From NCBI GenBank assembly GCA_005889535.1, contig VBHC01000115.1, positions 1,221-65,220 of the forward strand: a stretch of 64,000 nt of DNA, written 5' to 3'. Of the stretch, positions 17,955 to 25,692 are shown piece after piece (within the stretch, counting starts at the first letter, position 1; each line of letters opens with the position of its first letter). A model generated the notes under the pieces. The model was not told the DNA's origin. It saw only the letters and a program-made list of their open reading frames with translations, and did no database searches. Source of the DNA: Chloroflexota bacterium (GTDB taxonomy: Bacteria > Chloroflexota > Dormibacteria > CF-121). The position numbers were made by a program, and so were the translations under genes.

Positions 17955-18626
17955 CTAGGGCCGGTCGTCGATCCAGGCCTCCCCTTCGGTATAGACCTCC
18001 TTCTTCCAGATCGGCACGGTGTGCTTCAGTTCGTCGATCAACCACTCGCAGGCGTCGAATGCCTCTCCCCGATGGGAGGCCGCAACGGCGATCACCACGC
18101 TGATCTCACCCACCTGCAGCGTCCCGATTCGGTGGACGATCGCGAGGTCCAGAATCGGCCAGCGACGGCGAGCCTCGTCCGCGAGGGCTTCCATCTGCTT
18201 GGTGGCCATCGAACCGTAGGCCTCGTAAACCAGGGCGCGTACCTGCTTGCCACGTGAGTGCGAGCGGACGATGCCCTGAAATACGACCAGCGCACCATCG
18301 GCGTCGCTGCGGATGCCCTCACCGATCGCGTTTGGATCGAGGGGAACATCGCGCAACGCCACGATGCCGCGGCGCTGGCCGATGGCACCCCCGCTCACGG
18401 GTGGAATCACGGCCAGCTCATCACCGTCCTTGAGGGGATCGTCCCAGCCGGCGTACTCGGAGTTGACCGCGCAGCGGAACGAGCGCGGCAGCGGACCGAG
18501 ATCGTAGCGGGTGCTCAGCTGGCTCCAGGCATCGGCGGCGGTCGCGCCCGCCGGAAGCGCCAGATCGATGTTGGGCTGCCCCACCAACTCGCGCGGCTTG
18601 GCAAACAGCACGACGCGCACGTTCAT
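17955..18626 (-). CDS. Fused molybdopterin synthase MoaD-MoaE (MoaX-like)
   Basis: The N-terminal ~80 aa are MoaD-like and end ...DELAVIPPVSGG. They continue directly into MoaE (ALVVFQGIVRSHSRGKQV...YEAYGSMA...VPIWKKE). Confidence 0.85.
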   Translation of the reverse strand: MNVRVVLFAKPRELVGQPNIDLALPAGATAADAWSQLSTRYDLGPLPRSFRCAVNSEYAGWDDPLKDGDELAVIPPVSGGAIGQRRGIVALRDVPLDPNAIGEGIRSDADGALVVFQGIVRSHSRGKQVRALVYEAYGSMATKQMEALADEARRRWPILDLAIVHRIGTLQVGEISVVIAVAASHRGEAFDACEWLIDELKHTVPIWKKEVYTEGEAWIDDRP

Positions 18627-18686
18627 GGCGAAATCATATCCGCCTCCACCCTGACCCTCCCCCGCTCGGCGGGAGGGACTCGGCAG

Positions 18687-19436
18687 TCACCGAAACAGGT
18701 CGGTTGCCGGATCTCGCAGCAAGCGGCGGACGGTATCGTCACCCGCAACCCCGGCGCCGCGTACCAGAGCGGCCGGGACCCGATCGAGCTTGCCCATCAC
18801 CAGCTCGGCTGCGGAAGCGAGCTCATCCACAACGCCAAGCTCGGTACCCTGGAGCTCGTAGCCATCAGGGTCGCGCTGGCCCCGATAATCACGCAACGCC
18901 GTCACCCCGGCGGCGCCGATCGCGACGTTGACCTGACCTTCGCGCCAGGGCCGGCCGAAGCTGTCAGAAATGACGACGCCCGGTGCGACGCCGGATCGCT
19001 CCTTCAGGCTGTCCCGCAGCCGGCGGGCGGACTCGTCGGGACGTTCCGGCAGCAGCACGACCAACTCTCGGCCCCCCGTATTGGATCGGTCAACGCCGGC
19101 ATTGGCGCACACGAAGCCATGCCGCGTCTCGGTGATCAGGACGCGGGGGGCTTCCCGAACGATGCGCACCGACTCAGACAGGATGAGCTCGACATGCCTC
19201 GGGTCGAAGCCAATGCGATTGCCGATCTCGATCGCGCGGGTTGAGGGGACCACACCCTCGAGGGCTCGCACGCGCCCTTCCGCTTTCGAGACCACCTTCT
19301 GTGTTACGACGACGACGTCGCCCGCCTCGAGCGACAAGCCGAGCCGCCCGATGCCATCAAGCAGCAACGTCGCCAGGGATGCTCCGTTGACGATCTCCGG
19401 GAGTCCGGGGACCGCAAAGATCGAGACCGGATTCAA
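18687..19436 (-). CDS. cofE: Coenzyme F420-0:L-glutamate ligase
   Basis: 249 aa with a TTG start overlapping the cofC stop (TTGA). VVVVTQKVVSKAEGR...GFVCANAGVDRSN...VISDSFGRPWREGQVNVAIG is CofE/FbiB N-domain-like. Confidence 0.85.
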   Translation of the reverse strand: MNPVSIFAVPGLPEIVNGASLATLLLDGIGRLGLSLEAGDVVVVTQKVVSKAEGRVRALEGVVPSTRAIEIGNRIGFDPRHVELILSESVRIVREAPRVLITETRHGFVCANAGVDRSNTGGRELVVLLPERPDESARRLRDSLKERSGVAPGVVISDSFGRPWREGQVNVAIGAAGVTALRDYRGQRDPDGYELQGTELGVVDELASAAELVMGKLDRVPAALVRGAGVAGDDTVRRLLRDPATDLFR

Positions 19437-20101
19437 CCGACGGGCGGCGTGCTGGCGAGGAGGCGCTCGGCGGCCTTGAACTCCTGCAGCAAGCGAAGGG
19501 TCGCCGTGTCGCGGCCGAGCTGCATGAAGCTCGCGATGTCGTCCGGCCGGTCCAGGTCGTGCTCCAGCCCCGCGATCACGTGCACGGCGAAACTGCGATG
19601 CGCCCGAACCGCTTCCGCCCGGTGAAGGTTGAACGAGTCCTCGCCGAACCGAAGCGTGATGGCGTGCGGCGGTACCAGCCGCAAACCGTTCGTCCCCAGA
19701 CGATCACGATCCGGCGCGAGCACCACCTCGATTTCCGGCCGATAGGCACACAACTCTGCGAGCTCCGTCGCCGTCACCCCCGGCACGTCGCCCGGAATCG
19801 TCAGGGCGGCGGTGTAGCCCCGCTCCCAGGCGGCGGCGAAGCCTTGCTGGACGGCGGCGCTCTGCCCCTGGCTTACGCGGTCGATCAGCGGGTCGAGCCC
19901 GAAGCGACGCCCTTCTTCCAGGACTTCGGGATCATCCGAAATCACGAAGCGGCCGTAGTCCCAGAGAGCGCCCACCACCTGGAAAACATCGCTGGCCATG
20001 GTGGCAGCGAGCCGTTCTCGGTCGGGCTCCGTGAGGAGCGGCGCCAGCCGATGTTTCGCCCGCCGCGGCGATTTGACGGGGACGACGATGGCGAGTTTCA
20101 C
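19433..20101 (-). CDS. cofC: 2-phospho-L-lactate (or PEP) guanylyltransferase
   Basis: A GTG at 20101 overlaps the cofD stop (GTGA). The sequence reads VKLAIVVPVKSPRRAKHRLAPLL...ALTIPGDVPGVT. The longer ORF-track N-terminus is antisense-type junk. Confidence 0.8.
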   Translation of the reverse strand: MKLAIVVPVKSPRRAKHRLAPLLTEPDRERLAATMASDVFQVVGALWDYGRFVISDDPEVLEEGRRFGLDPLIDRVSQGQSAAVQQGFAAAWERGYTAALTIPGDVPGVTATELAELCAYRPEIEVVLAPDRDRLGTNGLRLVPPHAITLRFGEDSFNLHRAEAVRAHRSFAVHVIAGLEHDLDRPDDIASFMQLGRDTATLRLLQEFKAAERLLASTPPVG

Positions 20102-21048
20102 GCAGCCGCCGGCTGGTGCAGCACATCGAGCGCGGCTCTCGCGACGTCGCGGGCGGCCTCGGTGTCGTCGAGCATGGTTGGGCGGACAGCAATTCGGTAG
20201 CCCATGCCGGCGATCGCAGGGGCGAGCGAGGCATCGGCCGAATCGAGGACAAAGCCCTGGGCGACATTCCGGTAAACCTCCGCCACGCCGAGCGCATCTG
20301 GCCGGATGCCCTCGGCCCGCAGCAGTTCGACCGTCGGCCCCTTGACGGCCCGGCCGGCGATCACCGGCGAGATCGCGACGGTTCGGGCTCGAACCGCGGC
20401 GACCAGTTGCCGCATGCCGGGGACACGGAGAATCGGACCGATGCTGATGCTCGGATTGCTGGGCGCGATCAGCACCGCCCGGGAAGCCGACAACACCTCG
20501 GCGACGCCAGGCGCCGGCCGGGCCGCGTTCATCCCGGTCCAGTAGATCTCGCGCACCTGTGGCCGGCACCGCTCTCGCACGAAATACTCCTGGAAGTGAA
20601 GGTCGCCGGCGTCGGTCTTGAGCCGGGTCTCGACCGGCTCATCGCACATGGGCAGGATCCGGCTGCGCACGCCCAGGCGTTCAGCGAGCTCAGCCGTGAC
20701 CGTGTGCAGGGGCGCACCTGACGTAAGCCGCCCGGTGCGATACAGATGGGTGGCCAGGTCGCGGTCGCCCAGCTGAAACCAGGAGGCGTCAGTGAGTTTG
20801 GCGAGCGTCGCCTGCGCGGTAAAGGTGTCGTCCCGAATTCCCCAGCCGCGGGCCTCATCCGCCACCCCGGCCAGCCAGTAGGTCACGGTGTCGAGATCCG
20901 GGGCGATGTAGAGCCCCTGCCACCACATGTCGTCGCCCGTGTTGCCGATGACGACGATGTCCTCCGGCGGCACGGCCCGCACCAGGCCGCGCAGGAAACG
21001 CGCCGCGCCGACGCCGCCGGCCAGGACGACGACCGGACGCGATGTCAT
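20098..21048 (-). CDS. cofD: 2-phospho-L-lactate transferase
   Basis: ATG at 21048: MTSRPVVVLAGGVGAARFLRGLVRAVPPEDIVVIGNTGDDMWWQGLYIAPDLDTVTYWLAG is the CofD/FbiA signature. Confidence 0.9.
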   Translation of the reverse strand: MTSRPVVVLAGGVGAARFLRGLVRAVPPEDIVVIGNTGDDMWWQGLYIAPDLDTVTYWLAGVADEARGWGIRDDTFTAQATLAKLTDASWFQLGDRDLATHLYRTGRLTSGAPLHTVTAELAERLGVRSRILPMCDEPVETRLKTDAGDLHFQEYFVRERCRPQVREIYWTGMNAARPAPGVAEVLSASRAVLIAPSNPSISIGPILRVPGMRQLVAAVRARTVAISPVIAGRAVKGPTVELLRAEGIRPDALGVAEVYRNVAQGFVLDSADASLAPAIAGMGYRIAVRPTMLDDTEAARDVARAALDVLHQPAAA

Positions 21049-21054
21049 TCCAGC

Positions 21055-21060
21055 ATCATA
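21055..21060 (-). promoter_or_regulatory. Candidate -10 box (TATGAT) for a leaderless cofD transcript
   Basis: The minus strand reads ...tttccTATGATgctggaATG. The hexamer ends 6 nt before the cofD ATG. Only 19 bp separate the divergent cofD and uppP start codons. Confidence 0.3.
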
Positions 21061-21067
21061 GGAAACA

Positions 21068-21910
21068 ATGTCCGTTTTCCAGGCCCTCGTATTGGCATTG
21101 CTGCAGGGGGTCACCGAGCTCTTCCCGGTAAGCAGCCTGGGCCACACCGTCATCCTCCCCAAGCTGCTTCGCTGGAACATCGACCAGGCCGACCCCACCT
21201 TCCTGGCGTTCGTGGTGCTGCTTCATGTCGGCACCGCCACCGCCCTCCTGATCTACTTCTGGCGCGATTGGCTCGCCATCGGGCGGGGCGTCCTGCGCAG
21301 CGTGATCGACGGACGGATGCATGGCACGCCCGACGAGCGACTGGGCTGGCGGCTGATCGCCGGAACGGTCCCCGTCGGGATCGCCGGAGTGTTGTTCCAG
21401 AAGCAGGTCCAGGCCCTCTTTGCCAGCCCCCGGGCGGCCGCTGTGTTCTTGATCGTCAACGGCGGGATCATGTTTGCCGGCGAGCGATTGCGTCGCCGGG
21501 CTGCGGCGTTCGAAGAGGGCCGGACTTCACTCGAGGAGCTCAGCGTCCGGAGCGCCATCGGCATCGGTTCCGCGCAGATTCTCGCGCTCTTGCCGGGAAT
21601 CTCGCGCTCGGGCAGCAGTATGGTCGCCGGGCTGTTCGCGAACCTGACCCACGAGGCCGCGGCGCGCTTCGCGTTTCTCCTCGCCACCCCGGTGATCTTC
21701 GGCGCCGGCGTCCTAAAAATCCCGGATCTGTTCACCCCGGTCGCGCTGCCGCACTTGCCCGTCTACCTGCTCGGTGGTGTGGTCGCCGGAGTTGCGGCCT
21801 TCCTGAGCGTGGCCTATCTCATGCGATACTTTCGGGTGGGACGGCTCGATCCATTTGCTTACTACTGCGCGGCGTTCGGGATCCTTTCATTGATCCTGCT
21901 CAGCCGCTGA
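21068..21910 (+). CDS. uppP: Undecaprenyl-diphosphate phosphatase
   Basis: 280 aa. MSVFQALVLALLQGVTELFPVSSLGH...PGISRSGSSM is the BacA/UppP signature. Confidence 0.9.
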   Translation: MSVFQALVLALLQGVTELFPVSSLGHTVILPKLLRWNIDQADPTFLAFVVLLHVGTATALLIYFWRDWLAIGRGVLRSVIDGRMHGTPDERLGWRLIAGTVPVGIAGVLFQKQVQALFASPRAAAVFLIVNGGIMFAGERLRRRAAAFEEGRTSLEELSVRSAIGIGSAQILALLPGISRSGSSMVAGLFANLTHEAAARFAFLLATPVIFGAGVLKIPDLFTPVALPHLPVYLLGGVVAGVAAFLSVAYLMRYFRVGRLDPFAYYCAAFGILSLILLSR

Positions 21911-21928
21911 CGCGACCAAGGAGGACCG

Positions 21929-22183
21929 ATGCAAGATAACCCACTGGAAAACAGCCCGATGGCTTTCTTCGCCGGCATCGTGCTCGCCTTTATCGGAGCC
22001 GCGGCTGCGGTCTTCTACCTGTTCGTCCGCACGTCAAGCGAAAGCTTGATCATGCCGGGACCGACGTTCCGGCTCAAGCACTTTGTCCTCGCTCTGGTTG
22101 TGCTCGCCGCCGGCGCCGCGCTCGCCTCCTTCGCGCGGCCGCGAGGGTCGAGCATGTCGGACGGCACGCCCTACAACCGCTAG
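21929..22183 (+). CDS. Small hypothetical membrane protein
   Basis: 84 aa with two hydrophobic helices. AAGGAGGA lies upstream of the ATG. Confidence 0.5.
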   Translation: MQDNPLENSPMAFFAGIVLAFIGAAAAVFYLFVRTSSESLIMPGPTFRLKHFVLALVVLAAGAALASFARPRGSSMSDGTPYNR

Positions 22184-22194
22184 GCGGATCGCCC

Positions 22195-23190
22195 GTGGCC
22201 CAGATCGGTTACGCCGCGATGCTGGAGCAGTTTCATCCCAAAGAGCTGGTTGGCTTCTGTGAAAAGGCGGAAGCGGCCGGATTCTCCGGAGTCATGGCGG
22301 CGGACCACCTCCAGCCCTGGATACCGCAGCAAGGCAACGCTGCCTTCGTCTGGGCGTTCATGGTGGCTGCCGCCGAGCACACCAAAGGCGACATCGGTCC
22401 CGGGGTGACCTGTCCATCCTTCCGATACCACCCGGCGGTGATCGCCCAGGCGGCCGCCACCATGGCAGCGATGTATCCGGGCCGCTTCTGGCTCGGTCTC
22501 GGCTCCGGCGAAGCGCTCAACGAACACGTGGTGGCCGGATACTGGCCGGAGGTCGCCGAACGCATCACCCGGCTTTTCGAGGCCATCGAGCTGATGCAGA
22601 AGTTGTTCACCGGCAAGGATGTCAAGCACGAGGGACGCCATTACAAGATGGAGACCATTCGGCTGTGGACGATGCCCGAGGAGCCGCCTCCAATCTACGT
22701 GGCCACCGCCGGCCCGGTAACGGCCGAGAGAACCGGACAGTTCTGCGATGGGCTGATCACCGTGGGCGCTCCTGAGGAGAAGATCGAGACCGTCTTCGAA
22801 CGATTCGTGAAAGGCGCCCTCAAGGCCGACAAGGATCCGAGCACGATGCCCAAGATCCTCCAGCTGCACCTTTCCTGGGCCCCCACCGATGAGGAGGCGA
22901 TGCAAAACGCCCTGACCGAATGGCCGAACGGTGGCATGAAGTTTCCGAAGGCCGATATCCGGTCGCCTCGTGATTTCGAGCAGATGGCGAAGCTGGTCAG
23001 GCCGGAGGACTTTGAGGGGCGGATGTTGATCTCGTCCGATCCGGACGCGCATTGCCGCGAAATCCAGAAGTTCATTGATTTTGGTTTCGACCGCGTCTAC
23101 CTCCACAACGTGGGCCGCAACCAGCTCGAATGGATCGAGGTGTTCGGTAAGCAAGTCCTCCCCAAACTCCACGAGGCCGTCCGGCGCTGA
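22195..23190 (+). CDS. LLM-class F420-dependent oxidoreductase, glucose-6-phosphate-dehydrogenase (FGD) family
   Basis: 331 aa with a GTG start. IGYAAMLEQFHPKELVGFCEKAEAAGF...LGLGSGEALNEH...LQLHLSWAP is FGD-family-like. The substrate is not determinable from sequence here. Confidence 0.8.
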   Translation: MAQIGYAAMLEQFHPKELVGFCEKAEAAGFSGVMAADHLQPWIPQQGNAAFVWAFMVAAAEHTKGDIGPGVTCPSFRYHPAVIAQAAATMAAMYPGRFWLGLGSGEALNEHVVAGYWPEVAERITRLFEAIELMQKLFTGKDVKHEGRHYKMETIRLWTMPEEPPPIYVATAGPVTAERTGQFCDGLITVGAPEEKIETVFERFVKGALKADKDPSTMPKILQLHLSWAPTDEEAMQNALTEWPNGGMKFPKADIRSPRDFEQMAKLVRPEDFEGRMLISSDPDAHCREIQKFIDFGFDRVYLHNVGRNQLEWIEVFGKQVLPKLHEAVRR

Positions 23191-23200
23191 GCTTGCCCGC

Positions 23201-23938
23201 CTGATCGAGGCGGAGCTGCAGCGCGATCGCAACCCGTCCCGGGGGTTGGCCGAAAAGGCGTATTTGAAGAGCGACCTCAGCTTCCTCGGCGTCCCCCTGC
23301 CGGCCATGCGGCAGCTGGTCAACACCATCCCGCGGCGGCCGCCCGCGCTCGACCGCGATGCCCTGCTCCAGCTGGTTCGGACGCTATGGGGCCGGTCGGT
23401 CTTCGAACTGCGGATGGTGGCGGTGCTTCTCCTGGAGGCATTCGAACCACTCCTCCGGCCAGCTGACATCAGCCTGCTCGAGCGCCTGATCCGCGAGTCG
23501 AAAACCTGGGCCTTCGTCGATGAGCTGGCCATCGCAGTCACGGGCCCCCTGGCGGAACGTTCGGCGGGGCTGGTCGACGTCCTCGACCGATGGTCGGTCG
23601 ATGACGACTTCTGGATTCGCCGCGCGGCGCTTCTGGCGTTGCTTCCCCAACTGCGTCGCGGCGCAGGCGACTTCGAGCGGTTCGGCCGCTATGCGGACCG
23701 AATGCTCGACGAAAGGGAATTCTTCATTCGCAAGGCGATCGGCTGGGTGCTCCGGGAGACCGGCAAGAAGCAGCCCGAGCGCGTGTACGCGTGGTTGCTC
23801 CCTCGTTGCGACCGCGCCTCCGGCGTCACCGTCCGCGAGGCTGTGAAGTACCTTTCGCCGCGACAGCGGAACGCGCTGCTTTCGGCGTACGGAGCGGCGG
23901 CGCGCCCGCGGCAAGCTTCCGGCCGCGCACTTCGATGA
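23201..23938 (+). CDS. DNA alkylation repair (AlkD-like HEAT-repeat) protein; start uncertain
   Basis: AEKAYLKSDLSFLGVPLPAMRQLV...WAFVDELA...DDFWIRRAALLA...FFIRKAIGWVLRE is AlkD-like. The only canonical starts (TTG 23075/23081) give an S/T-rich extension overlapping the FGD gene by 116 nt. CTG at 23201 lies 11 nt after the FGD stop. Confidence 0.7.
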   Translation: MIEAELQRDRNPSRGLAEKAYLKSDLSFLGVPLPAMRQLVNTIPRRPPALDRDALLQLVRTLWGRSVFELRMVAVLLLEAFEPLLRPADISLLERLIRESKTWAFVDELAIAVTGPLAERSAGLVDVLDRWSVDDDFWIRRAALLALLPQLRRGAGDFERFGRYADRMLDEREFFIRKAIGWVLRETGKKQPERVYAWLLPRCDRASGVTVREAVKYLSPRQRNALLSAYGAAARPRQASGRALR

Positions 23939-24710
23939 AGGCGGGGAAGAGCGTGTCCAGGTGGGCCTCGCTGCCGGGCACGGCATCCGGCTCTGCTGGT
24001 CCGGGCGAGAATTCCCAGATTCCATCGACCACCATGCCGCCGGCCACCATCCCGTTGACGATGGTCTCGAACCGGTGGCCGAACTCGATGGTTGGCGCCA
24101 CCAGCTTCTTGCTGCCCAGCGTCCAGGTCATATCCCATTCGCTGAGATAGGGCACTGGCTCATCGACGAAATAGCTCAGCTTCGGCCGCCAGCCGCCGTC
24201 CTTGAATGTCCCGTACAGCCGCAGAGTTGTCGGGTGCATGGTGGAGAGCAGGTAGGTGCCACCGGGCGCCAGTACCCGGCCGACCTCCTTCAGCACCCGT
24301 ACCGCGTCATCGATGAACACCAGGGAGTGACAGTGCCAGACGACATCGAAGCTGGCGTCCTTGAAGACGGAAAGGTCCTTCATGTTGCCCCGCACCAGCC
24401 GGACATTGACCCGCTGCCGGGCCGCCAGCTCGCGCACCGTCTTCAACTGCGTCGGTGAGATGTCGAAGACCGTGACGTCCGCCCCCAGCTTCGCGAAGAT
24501 CACCGGGTCCCATCCCCCACCGGCAGCAAGGCCGAGAACCCGAGCCCCCTGCAGGCGTATCCCTTTGAGGCGGCCGCGTGGATCCATGAAGCGGCGCATC
24601 CCGGCCCTGGATTTCGGTGGCCGGCCAAACGGGCGGGTGTAGTTCATCGCGGCCTTGGCCAGCCGCTCCCACATTTGCTTGTTGTGCTCGGCGATTCGGT
24701 CGCGCTTCAC
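23826..24710 (-). CDS. Class I SAM-dependent methyltransferase
   Basis: [32 protein letters not shown]...VVWHCHSLVFIDD...LAPGGTYLL carries motifs I-III. The last ~37 codons overlap the convergent AlkD-like gene. Confidence 0.8.
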   Translation of the reverse strand: MKRDRIAEHNKQMWERLAKAAMNYTRPFGRPPKSRAGMRRFMDPRGRLKGIRLQGARVLGLAAGGGWDPVIFAKLGADVTVFDISPTQLKTVRELAARQRVNVRLVRGNMKDLSVFKDASFDVVWHCHSLVFIDDAVRVLKEVGRVLAPGGTYLLSTMHPTTLRLYGTFKDGGWRPKLSYFVDEPVPYLSEWDMTWTLGSKKLVAPTIEFGHRFETIVNGMVAGGMVVDGIWEFSPGPAEPDAVPGSEAHLDTLFPAFIEVRGRKLAAGAPPLRTPKAARSAVAAKGTSQPRGR

Positions 24711-24722
24711 GCCGGGCGGATC

Positions 24723-25682
24723 CTAGCGAGCCGCGGGAACCTGCTGACGAACCGCCGGGATGACTTCCCTGGCAAAGAGTTCCAGTTGCGACGCGTCATA
24801 CGGCGCCCGCAGCGAGAGGATGATGTGGGTCACGCCCATATCGCGATAGGCCTCGATCTTCTTGATCGCCTGGTCGGGTGAGCCCCACAGCATGCCCGCC
24901 TTCGCCTCGTCCAGGGTCATGGCGCGACGCGAGGCCATGTCGGCCAGCATCGCGTCCAGCTTCGACGCGTCCTTGCTCAGCACCGGGGGCACATTGACGG
25001 ACTTCTCGATTGTTTGTGGATCGCGTCCGATGGCTCGACAATGACCTTCAAGGACCTCGATCTTGTGGCGCAGGACATCGGGTGCCCCGAAGGCATTCCA
25101 CGCGTCCGCGTAACGCGCCACCATCTTGAGCGTCAGCTGCTCGCCCCCGCCCCCGATAAGGATCGGAGGGTGTGGCTTTTGCACCGGCTTGGGATTGCAG
25201 TACGCCTCTTTCAGCTGGTAGTACTGACCATCGAACGTAGCGGCGTCTTCTGTCCACATCCGCCGAATCACCTCGCACGCCTCGCCGAGCCGCTTGATTC
25301 GCTCCGCGACGGGAGGAAATGGAATGCCCAGTGCTTCGTGCTCGCCCTGGAACCAGGCCGCGCCCAGGCCCATTTCCAGGCGGCCGCCGGTGATGACATC
25401 CAGGGTTGCCCCCATCTTGGCCAGCACCGACGGCTCGCGGTAGGTGATGCCGGTGACCAGGGTTCCCACCCGCACCTGCTGGGTCTTCATTGCGAGCGCC
25501 GTCAAGGCGACCCAACCCTCCAGCTGGGACCCTTTGGGATCGGACATGATCGGAAAGAAATGATCGAACGTCCAGGCGGTGTCGAAGCTCAGGCCATCCG
25601 CGACCTGCCAGATGTCGACCAGCTCGCCCCAACTCACATGCTGCGGTCCCGTCTGGATTCCAAACCGCATGGCTTTAGTCAT
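24723..25682 (-). CDS. LLM-class F420-dependent oxidoreductase
   Basis: 319 aa. MRFGIQTGPQHVSWGELVDIWQVADGLSFDTAWTFDHFFP...LEMGLGAAWFQGEHEALGIPFP is luciferase-like monooxygenase family. Confidence 0.85.
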   Translation of the reverse strand: MTKAMRFGIQTGPQHVSWGELVDIWQVADGLSFDTAWTFDHFFPIMSDPKGSQLEGWVALTALAMKTQQVRVGTLVTGITYREPSVLAKMGATLDVITGGRLEMGLGAAWFQGEHEALGIPFPPVAERIKRLGEACEVIRRMWTEDAATFDGQYYQLKEAYCNPKPVQKPHPPILIGGGGEQLTLKMVARYADAWNAFGAPDVLRHKIEVLEGHCRAIGRDPQTIEKSVNVPPVLSKDASKLDAMLADMASRRAMTLDEAKAGMLWGSPDQAIKKIEAYRDMGVTHIILSLRAPYDASQLELFAREVIPAVRQQVPAAR

Positions 25683-25692
25683 GGGGCTCCCG

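Noticed and set aside
22180-23541. 453-aa minus-strand ORF across the FGD-family and AlkD-like genes
   Set aside because: Antisense to two genes with strong family signatures. It has no motifs and biased composition.
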